Made by a program: the position numbers and the translations under genes. Source: Ostreococcus lucimarinus (taxonomy: Eukaryota). Taken from it: a DNA stretch of 64,000 nucleotides. Of the stretch, positions 57,311 through 64,000 are shown piece after piece (the first letter of the stretch is position 1; every line of letters begins with the position of its first letter). The notes under the pieces were generated by a model. It was not told the origin of the DNA. It did no database searches and saw only the letters and a program-made list of their open reading frames with translations. The stretch lies in assembly GCA_000092065.1 (NCBI GenBank), contig CP000591.1; one strand, given 5' to 3'.

Positions 57311-58384
57311 TCACGCGTCTTCGTCTCGCGCGCCGTACGCGGGACGCACGGCGTAATTTTCTAGATACGCGACGTCGGCCAAATATAACCCGTGCGCGGG
57401 CGCCATTTGCGGCGCGCGCGCGACGTCTTTCGCTTCGAGAAGCTCCTGAACGTCTTTCACGGTGAGGTCGTTCGCGCCGACGGCTTTGAGCGCGCCGGCG
57501 AGGAGACGGACTTGATGGTAAAGAAAACTGGGCGCGGCGACGGCGATGGAAATCTTTTGCTTCGTACCGCGCGCCTCCGCGGCGGGCCACTCCGTGAGCT
57601 CTTCCTTGACGTCGATGGACGTCAGCGTGCGCACGGGCGAGCTCGCTTGACACCCGTTCGCGCGAAAAGAACTGAAATCGTGCGTGCCCGTCAGCGCCGC
57701 CGCCGCGTCTCGCATCGCGTCCACGTTTAAACGCCCGTCGCACGTCTGATATCGACGCACCGACTTCACCTTATCCCCGCGCTCGCTATTATTCACCGCG
57801 CGCACGTACCACGCGCGCTCGGCGTCGAACAAGCTCCCCCCGTCGTCGCGTTCGCCGACCAATATATCGTATCTATACCGCCTCGCCACCGCGTCGTGCC
57901 GCGCGTGAAATTTTGGATTCATCTCATCCACCCTGACGCACTCCGTCACCCGCACCGCCGCGCCGAGCTTTCTCAAGTGATAATTCACCCCTCTTCGCAC
58001 GCTCGCGCCGTCGTGCGGTTCGACCGTCGTCCCATCCTTCGTCGTTCTCGCGAAGTCGAAGTGCGCCGAGTTTCGCAGCGCGTGCACGCCGACGTCCGTC
58101 CTCGAGCTACCGACGCACTCGATCGCTCCGCGCGCGCCCGTGAAAGCCGTGAGCGCTTCATCCAGCGCGCCTTGCACCGTCGCCGCGACGCCGCACTGCC
58201 TCTGGAAGCCGCGGAAGCGCGCGCCGTCGTACTCCAAAAAGGCGAGGTAGCGCGGGACAGCGGCGGCGATTCGCTTCGACGCCACCATCTCCGCGCTCTG
58301 CGCGCTCACGGGACGCTTGCGAGACGCGTCGGGGTCGTTCGAGCGGCTCGGGCGTCGACGAGCGACGGTTGCGCTCTCGGGCAT
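57311..58384 (-). CDS. TRUA: tRNA pseudouridine synthase A (TruA / PUS1 family)
   Basis: YLAFLEYDGARFRGFQRQ...GSSRTDVGVHALRNSAHFD (catalytic-Asp RTDxGVHA motif), ...HDFSSFRA..., LYHQVRLLAG. Start placed at the internal ATG (aa 48, MPESATVARRRPS). The first ATG is 58525. Confidence 0.8.
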   Translation of the reverse strand: MPESATVARRRPSRSNDPDASRKRPVSAQSAEMVASKRIAAAVPRYLAFLEYDGARFRGFQRQCGVAATVQGALDEALTAFTGARGAIECVGSSRTDVGVHALRNSAHFDFARTTKDGTTVEPHDGASVRRGVNYHLRKLGAAVRVTECVRVDEMNPKFHARHDAVARRYRYDILVGERDDGGSLFDAERAWYVRAVNNSERGDKVKSVRRYQTCDGRLNVDAMRDAAAALTGTHDFSSFRANGCQASSPVRTLTSIDVKEELTEWPAAEARGTKQKISIAVAAPSFLYHQVRLLAGALKAVGANDLTVKDVQELLEAKDVARAPQMAPAHGLYLADVAYLENYAVRPAYGARDEDA

Positions 58385-58499
58385 CGAGGTGTGAAGCGCG
58401 AGTCGACGCGCGGGACAAATGCGGGACGCGACGGACGAGGGACTTTGACATCTGTGTATCGTGAATGTCATCGAAAACGCGATGTTTCGCGCGTGTTTA

Positions 58500-59963
58500 C
58501 TATTCGTACGCGCTGTCGGATGCACCGCACACGGCGACGCGGACGACGGCGGAATGTTCGCCGTTACTTATGGCGTCGAATTCGTCGCAAATGCGACGGC
58601 GTTCGTCTTCGCTCAATCTCGAACGCAAACCCACGGAGAGCATGTCTAGCTCCGGAGCGTCTGGCGTGAAAGGGAACGTGTTGAATAAGTCAACGAGCTT
58701 GTTGAGCTCGAGCATGGTGGCGACGCTGTCGTTACTTCGAAGTCCCGCTCCGGCTTGAACGACGGCGCCGCGCACGCGAACGGCGACGTCCGCCATGACG
58801 ATGGAGACGCACTTGTGCGCATCTAGGCTCAGATCATCCGAAAGACCGACTAAAAATGGTCCAACAGGAGTGTTAAATGCGCTCGTCGCGCCCGCTTGGC
58901 CGCGCATGGCGTCCGTGACGGCGAAATCAGCGGCGGCTCGAAAGATGGCGACTCGCGCGCTCTCCGGTCCGACCGACTTTACCGCGCACCCTCGCTCGCC
59001 CGCCGCCGCGCACGCGGCGCGAAAATCGGCGATATCATCCGCACTGAATCCCGCGCCGCTGACTCGCTTCGCCGCGAGCGTTGCTCCTTGCGCTTTCGCG
59101 ACTTGAATCAGCGCCTCCTTGCGTCCCGGCGGCACGTACTGCGGCGACGGCGGCGTCCACCACGCCGGCAACGCCTTCGCCGCGCCGCTCGTTTTCTTCT
59201 CGTTTCCCCGCGCCTTCGTCGCGGATCCCGGCTTTACGTTCGCGTCTTCGGGAACGTCGTCCAAAGCCCCCTCTAAACGTTTGCGTTCGTCCCGAAACCG
59301 ATCCGCCGTCGCCGGCACCCAAACCTGCCGCCCGCCGAGACTGCGGTCGCCGACCCACCGCCCCGGTCCCGTCGCCCCCGGCGGCGGCGCCCGACGACCC
59401 ACGCCCTTGAACGCGCTCCCGATCGCTCGAAGCGGGTTCTCGCGATTGATGACCTTGAGCGCGATCCACGCGCACGCGAACAGCGTCCCCCACGCCGCCG
59501 CCGCCCGCCCGTACGCCGACGCCGGGTTCGGTCGCTGCGGCCTGTACACCGTCGCGTACGTCCCGGGCGCGCCGACGCGCGCCGGAACGTCCGCGCGCGG
59601 CCTGAACGCGCCCGCGTCGCGCGGCAGCAGCGCGTCGACGGCTTTTTGCGACGCCTTTTTCACTTTTCGCTGCACTTTTCGGATAAATCGTTGCGCGTCG
59701 CTCCGTCGCTCCGGACGCGCGCGCGCGGCGTCGAGCGCGCGCGTCGCCGGCGCGACGTGCTTTTCGACGTAATCGTCCATCTCGCGCTCGTAATCGCGCG
59801 CGCTGGACGATCGTTTCTTGGCTTCTTTCTCGCGAAGGCGATTCTTGGGGCCGGCGCGCGGGACGACGTCGACGCGACCGGGACGGGCGCGGCGTCGCGC
59901 GAGCGTCGCGCGCGCGCTCGCGACGCGCGCGCCGAAGCGTGGATTCGTCGCGCGAAGCGACAT
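58500..59963 (-). CDS. Hypothetical protein (basic N-terminus, one predicted TM helix, conserved-looking C-terminal domain)
   Basis: True ATG at 59963. Hydrophobic span WGTLFACAWIALKVI. The C-terminal 200 aa is not low-complexity (AIFRAAADFAVTDAMRGQAGATSAFNTPVGPFLVGLSDDLSLDAHKCVSIVMADVAVRVRGAVVQAG...LELNKLVDLFNTFPFTPDAPELDMLSVGLRS). No family recognised. Confidence 0.35.
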   Translation of the reverse strand: MSLRATNPRFGARVASARATLARRRARPGRVDVVPRAGPKNRLREKEAKKRSSSARDYEREMDDYVEKHVAPATRALDAARARPERRSDAQRFIRKVQRKVKKASQKAVDALLPRDAGAFRPRADVPARVGAPGTYATVYRPQRPNPASAYGRAAAAWGTLFACAWIALKVINRENPLRAIGSAFKGVGRRAPPPGATGPGRWVGDRSLGGRQVWVPATADRFRDERKRLEGALDDVPEDANVKPGSATKARGNEKKTSGAAKALPAWWTPPSPQYVPPGRKEALIQVAKAQGATLAAKRVSGAGFSADDIADFRAACAAAGERGCAVKSVGPESARVAIFRAAADFAVTDAMRGQAGATSAFNTPVGPFLVGLSDDLSLDAHKCVSIVMADVAVRVRGAVVQAGAGLRSNDSVATMLELNKLVDLFNTFPFTPDAPELDMLSVGLRSRLSEDERRRICDEFDAISNGEHSAVVRVAVCGASDSAYE

Positions 59964-60051
59964 CTCGGTCGCTCGCGCGAGACGCGCGCGATGCAGTGAA
60001 GGGCGCGCGAGTCGGTTTCGTCTTTGATGCTACAAGCCGCGGCGCGCGCGC

Positions 60052-60732
60052 TTAAATTTCCAATTTGGACGTCGTGCGCTCGAACGAGGCGTCGCTCAGC
60101 GGCGTTCCACCGTCGCCCGCGCTCGAAAACGCCGCTATCGGCGACACCGTCGCGCCGTCGAACCTCCCGCCGCCGTCAAACTTCCCCGGCGTCTCGTCCA
60201 CGCTTTGGTCGAGCAGCCAATCGCTCCCGTTCAACGACGCCTCCAATTTCGCCTCCATCGCCGCGATGTCGCTCATGACGCCCATCGACGCCACCTCATT
60301 CTTAATCATTATCTCCACATCGCTCACCCCGAGATCGGCGGCGATGTTCTCCGTCTTGACCGTCAATTCCATCGCTCGAACGCGCGTCTCCGCGTCGTCG
60401 TCGCCGAGCGCCGCGCGCTTCGCCCTCGCCAGGACGCCTCGCAGCCCGCGCTCTGGGGACGGCGTCCCCAGTTCGCGCATGTACGGCTGCTTCAGCAACG
60501 CCGCGACCGTGTCCAGGTCTCCCTTTCGAGTCTCGGGTCGCCGCGCGCGTCGTCCGAGGAGAAACGCGCCGACGAGCGACGCGCCGACGAGGATGAATTG
60601 CGTCGCGCTGATGTCGTCGATTTCGTCGCGGATTTCTTTCGTTTTCTCGCGCACGCGCGCGCGGGCGTCGTCGGCGACGCTTCGCGCGGGTTTCTTTCGC
60701 GTCGGCGCGCGCGCGCGGTCGAAGACGCCCAT
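60052..60732 (-). CDS. Hypothetical single-pass membrane protein
   Basis: True ATG at 60732. TM helix ISATQFILVGASLVGAFLLG followed by a soluble acidic domain (VSDVEIMIKNEVASMGVMSDIAAMEAKLEAS...). No family recognised. Confidence 0.35.
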   Translation of the reverse strand: MGVFDRARAPTRKKPARSVADDARARVREKTKEIRDEIDDISATQFILVGASLVGAFLLGRRARRPETRKGDLDTVAALLKQPYMRELGTPSPERGLRGVLARAKRAALGDDDAETRVRAMELTVKTENIAADLGVSDVEIMIKNEVASMGVMSDIAAMEAKLEASLNGSDWLLDQSVDETPGKFDGGGRFDGATVSPIAAFSSAGDGGTPLSDASFERTTSKLEI

Positions 60733-60792
60733 CGCCGCGCGATCTCAGCGTCGGCGAATGACGACGACGATTGGCTGGTCGGTCGAGACTTT

Positions 60793-62241
60793 TTACGACG
60801 CCGCCGAGCGAACGCGACGCGGAAACGGGACGAAGGACTCGTGATCGGACTTGTCCTTGCCGGGCAGCGGCGGCGACGAGGGAATCCCAAAGTCGCGAGA
60901 TCGAAACGCGCGGAATTCGCGCTTGATGGCGGCGTACGGTTTGTTCTCCATCGCCCGACGCGCGCGGGGCGGGAGACGGGATAAAACGTCGGCGTCGAAG
61001 GAGGCGCACAGCTCTCGCGCGCACAGGGCGGAGGACGCCGCGCCGGAGGCGCGACACTTTTTGCCGTAGCCGTGGAGGAAACCGATGGCGCCGAGAAGGC
61101 GCTCGACGCGGCCGGATGCGATGTCGACGGCGCCGACGGCGTCGTTGAACTCAAACGTCGATCGCGACGGCGCGACGTACGTCACGCACGTCGGCGACGC
61201 GACGCGATCGCCGTCGACGACGGCGCGATAGGACGAGAGATCGTCGCTCGGTGCGTCGACGGCGACGCATCGTGGTTCGACCCGGTCGTCGGATTGTGAG
61301 TCGTCCAATCGCGCTCGTTTGACGATCGCGCGTTTCAACGCGAGAGCGACGACGCGTTTCGTCTCTTCGGCGCGCTCTTCGCGAACGTTTGGAATGGACA
61401 CGCAGATCGACCGTGGCTTGATCGCTTCGCGCGCGACGAGGCGCATGAGCGTGCCCTGTAAACCATGCATCTGCCAGCGACACATTTTATCCGAACAGCT
61501 CAAACAAAACGATGGCGCGCCTCTGCCCGGCTTCCATCGCACGGCGCCGACTTCTTGCGTCGGGCGATCGCGTTCGGGATCCGCGCCGCCGCCGCCACCG
61601 CCGCCACCGTTCATGTCCGTCAATATTTTCGCACCCGTCACCCCCGCACCTCCGCCCGCACCCCCCGTCGTCTTCGCTCGCTTCACCGTCGCCGTCGAAG
61701 CCTCCGCGCCGCCGTCGCTCCGCCTCGCCTCGCTCGGCAACTCGAACACGCTCGCGTCGCCGCACGGCGACTGACTGCAATACGCGTGCACCTCCACCCC
61801 CGCGCGCATTCGCACCCGATTCCCAGCGCCTAATATCTCATCCCACGCCGTCTCTTCGTCGCACCCAGCGCCGCGTTCGCGCGTCACCTCGAACACGCTC
61901 GCTCGTCCGTCCCTCGCCTCGGCGTACTCGCGCTGCAACCACCGCGTCAACGCGCGTCTCGCCAACACCTCCGCGTGACAGTCCCCGATCGCGCCCCCGT
62001 CGCGCGCGCGGTTCGCCATCGGCACGCACTTCGTCCCCGTCGCGAACGCCGCGACGTAGCACGTCCCTCGCGCGCTCGCCGCGTCGTTTCGCTCGACGAT
62101 GCAAAAAGCGCACAGCGTCGTGTACGCATCCTTCGACGTTTTCTCGCGTCCGCGCGCGTCGTACGTCGCCAGCGCGCACGCGCGCACGACTGCGGCGACG
62201 CGTTCGACGTCGTCGACGTCGTCGACGGCGTGCGCGCGCAT
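60793..62241 (-). CDS. ADAT1: tRNA-specific adenosine deaminase 1 (ADAT1/Tad1, ADAR-type deaminase domain)
   Basis: True ATG at 62241. A_deamin motifs in order: GTKCV, AIGDCHAEVLARRAL (zinc-ligand HAE), YCSQSPCGDASV (PCG), FCLSCSDKMCRWQMHGLQG (SCSDK). Gly-rich insertion. Confidence 0.8.
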   Translation of the reverse strand: MRAHAVDDVDDVERVAAVVRACALATYDARGREKTSKDAYTTLCAFCIVERNDAASARGTCYVAAFATGTKCVPMANRARDGGAIGDCHAEVLARRALTRWLQREYAEARDGRASVFEVTRERGAGCDEETAWDEILGAGNRVRMRAGVEVHAYCSQSPCGDASVFELPSEARRSDGGAEASTATVKRAKTTGGAGGGAGVTGAKILTDMNGGGGGGGGADPERDRPTQEVGAVRWKPGRGAPSFCLSCSDKMCRWQMHGLQGTLMRLVAREAIKPRSICVSIPNVREERAEETKRVVALALKRAIVKRARLDDSQSDDRVEPRCVAVDAPSDDLSSYRAVVDGDRVASPTCVTYVAPSRSTFEFNDAVGAVDIASGRVERLLGAIGFLHGYGKKCRASGAASSALCARELCASFDADVLSRLPPRARRAMENKPYAAIKREFRAFRSRDFGIPSSPPLPGKDKSDHESFVPFPRRVRSAAS

Positions 62242-62294
62242 GCGCGCGCGCGAGACTGCCGATTCGCGCGCGCGTCTCGTCGCGCGCGTCGCCG

Positions 62295-62328
<34 letters not shown>

Positions 62329-62609
62329 AGTCGAGCGCGTTCGAGCGCCCTCACTGTTCGCGTATACGCCATGTGTCCGAACATCGCGCGCGCTTTTCGC
62401 GTTTCGCGCCGCGCGCGTCGTATTGCGCGACGACGCGTCCCATCGATCGCGACGCGCGATCGCTAAGCGCGATCGCGACGCGCGCGACCGACCGACCGAC
62501 CGCCGTTACATGCGCCAACACCATAAATGAGGTTGCGCATCGCATCTTTCGCCAGATCGCGACGCGCGTCGCCCGCGACGCCGCGAACGAGGACGGCGAA
62601 CGACCGGCG

Positions 62610-64000
62610 ATGACGCGCGTCGAGCGCGTCGCGCTGCTCGGACGCGCGCGCGACGTCGAGGACGGCACGCTCGGCGCGGGAGGCGCGTTCTTCGGGACGA
62701 ACACCGCGCGCGACGGCGACGGCGACGACGACGGCGCGCGAGAGCGCGCGCGCGAGCGCGGCGGCGCGCGGCGAGGACGGGGGACGATCGCGGTGGGAGC
62801 GATGTGCGTCGCGATCGGGGTCGCGATCGGATCGGTGACGACGTCGACGCGGGAGGGAGGACGGACGACGGGCGACGTCGCGAGCGTCGGCGCGAACGCG
62901 CCGAGCGGAGCGACGAGTCGCGCGGCGCGGGGCGCGGAAGAGGCGAATTTGGGCGACGCGACGTCGTTGGCGATCGCGAGCGTTCCCGCGGATTCGTGGA
63001 TGTCGTTCTCGACGGGGAAAGTGCGAAAGCGAAAGTATCCGGATTCGTTTTATTACGTCGTCGCGCCGGAGGCGGACGAGGAGGTCGGGTATTTGGGCGC
63101 GCCGAGCGACTGGCCGACCGGGGATCGGGTGACGGTGGATCTGCACACCGGGTGCTCGCCGATCGACGCTCTGCCGTTCCAGCGTCCCGGGTTTGATTTC
63201 GACACCGTTCAGGCCCGCTTTGTGAGCAAGAAGCTCAGCATGGAGTTCATGTTTGAGGACTCGCAGCCGATGACCAAAGTCGGGTGCGGACATTTCCGGG
63301 CCACGGTAGAGCTCTCGAAAGGATGGGAGTTTGGGTTCTATCTTCATGCGAATGGCGACGACAGCGACGAGAACACGATGCTCGACATCGGGTGCGAAAC
63401 CGCGGTGCCGGGCGCCAACAACACCAAGTGTCCGGATTTCGCTTCACCGGCGATGCTCGCGACTTCGGAGTGCACGGACAAATTCGTGTGTAATCATGGT
63501 CTGTACACGTTCTGGAATCGAAGATACGATGGCGAACAAACGTCGTTCCTGTGGGGGGCTTGCGGAAGCGAGTGTCCGCACCAGGACTGCGGCCACATGT
63601 ACTGCGCGGCGAACGAGCGCGTGCAGAACCAAGCGTGCGCGTCGTGTCCGCCTGGGACGACGAACGATGCGGGCGATAAGAACGTCGGCGCCGATACGCA
63701 GTGTGATCCGGTCATCTGCGGAGCGCACATGCGCGTGCAAGATCACAACTGCGTGCAGTGCGTCGCCGGTAAGGAGAACGAAGCCGGCGACGACGCCTCA
63801 CAAAGTAACACCGAGTGCGACGCCGTCATTTGCGAGCCGAATCATCACGTGGCGGGCAATGTGTGCACGGCGTGTCCCGCCGGTCACGCGCACGCCGGCG
63901 GCGACGTGCAGCACGGCCCTGATACGTCGTGCGACGAAGTGCTTTGCCACACGAACGAGCGCGTTCTCGGCCACCAGTGCGTGGCGTGTCCTCCGGGCTC
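62610..64000 (+). CDS. Type-II-like membrane protein with tandem ~37-aa cysteine-rich repeats, 3'-partial (runs off the window end). Not in the ORF track.
   Basis: I translated frame 0 myself. ATG at 62610 gives MTRVERVALLGRAR..., a TM span GTIAVGAMCVAIGVAIGSVTT, and a Cys-containing globular region (CGHFRATVELSKGWEFGFYLHANGDDSDENTMLDIGCE...CPDFASPAMLATSECTDKFVCNHGLYTFWNRRYDGEQTSFLWGACGSECPHQDC). At least four repeats follow with spacing C-x2-[NH]-x-[RH]-V-x4-C-x2-C-x2-G-x3-AGD-x6-T-x-CD-x-V-x-C (CAANERVQNQACASCPPGTTNDAGD..., CGAHMRVQDHNCVQCVAGKENEAGDD..., CEPNHHVAGNVCTACPAGHAHAGGD..., CHTNERVLGHQCVACPPG). The frame is still open at 64000. The track's 62099..62530 (+) stop fixes the local coordinates. 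Confidence 0.5.
   Translation, partial: MTRVERVALLGRARDVEDGTLGAGGAFFGTNTARDGDGDDDGARERARERGGARRGRGTIAVGAMCVAIGVAIGSVTTSTREGGRTTGDVASVGANAPSGATSRAARGAEEANLGDATSLAIASVPADSWMSFSTGKVRKRKYPDSFYYVVAPEADEEVGYLGAPSDWPTGDRVTVDLHTGCSPIDALPFQRPGFDFDTVQARFVSKKLSMEFMFEDSQPMTKVGCGHFRATVELSKGWEFGFYLHANGDDSDENTMLDIGCETAVPGANNTKCPDFASPAMLATSECTDKFVCNHGLYTFWNRRYDGEQTSFLWGACGSECPHQDCGHMYCAANERVQNQACASCPPGTTNDAGDKNVGADTQCDPVICGAHMRVQDHNCVQCVAGKENEAGDDASQSNTECDAVICEPNHHVAGNVCTACPAGHAHAGGDVQHGPDTSCDEVLCHTNERVLGHQCVACPPG

Noticed and set aside
62463-63347. 294-aa minus-strand ORF (MKIEPKLPSFRELYRGPEMSAPDF...RRRRHRSDRDPDRDAHRSHRDRPP...)
   Set aside because: It lies antisense to the plus-strand Cys-rich repeat gene, which has a TM helix and regular Cys periodicity. 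The minus frame is Arg/Asp low-complexity.
1-64000. Prokaryotic-style features (operons, CRISPR arrays, IS elements, phage genes), which might be expected because of the ORF track and the hint about a novel system
   Set aside because: The gene content is unambiguously eukaryotic nuclear (SF1, NF-YC, Rpb10, Mot1, KCBP, ATG13, RPP30, Hip). No direct-repeat/spacer arrays, transposase or integrase ORFs, or inverted terminal repeats were seen. The closest thing to a bacterial-type system is the SbcD-SbcC fusion ORF reported above.

Overview
This window reads as a very GC-rich (about 65-70% by eye), extremely gene-dense eukaryotic nuclear segment. I recognise no prokaryotic operons, CRISPR arrays, rRNA genes or transposons. 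I call about 38 protein-coding genes on both strands, roughly one per 1.7 kb. Nearly all are single-exon and intergenic spacers run 10-400 bp. I could support only one spliceosomal intron, in the Mot1/BTAF1 gene. Gene content points to a picoeukaryotic green alga of the Mamiellophyceae type (Micromonas-like): the plant/green-alga-specific kinesin KCBP, chloroplast PGRL1, nuclear-encoded chloroplast TatC, the acetolactate-synthase small subunit, a BRUTUS-like hemerythrin E3 ligase, and Ser/Ala/Arg-rich transit-peptide-like N-termini. The high GC content produces many long Arg/Ser/Pro-rich shadow ORFs antisense to real genes. The ORF track also opens ORFs on GTG/TTG, so for a eukaryote several starts had to be moved to internal ATGs. 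Two genes that run off the window edges are absent from the track, and I recovered them by reading the sequence: a FIE/EED-like WD40 gene at 1..1179 on the minus strand and a Cys-rich repeat membrane protein at 62610..64000 on the plus strand. The most unusual object is a single 4.5-kb ORF (5451..9965, minus strand) that fuses an SbcD/Mre11-type metallophosphoesterase nuclease to an SbcC/Rad50-type zinc-hook SMC ATPase, behind a transit-peptide-like N-terminus. Other points worth a second look are a D-amino-acid-oxidase / amidohydrolase tandem pair in one frame split by a single stop codon, a low-GC 307-nt intron in Mot1, three divergent gene pairs whose outermost ATGs share a CATG tetranucleotide, and recurrent TGTAA motifs just downstream of stop codons. 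All functional calls rest on motif-level recognition from the translations. No database search was possible.
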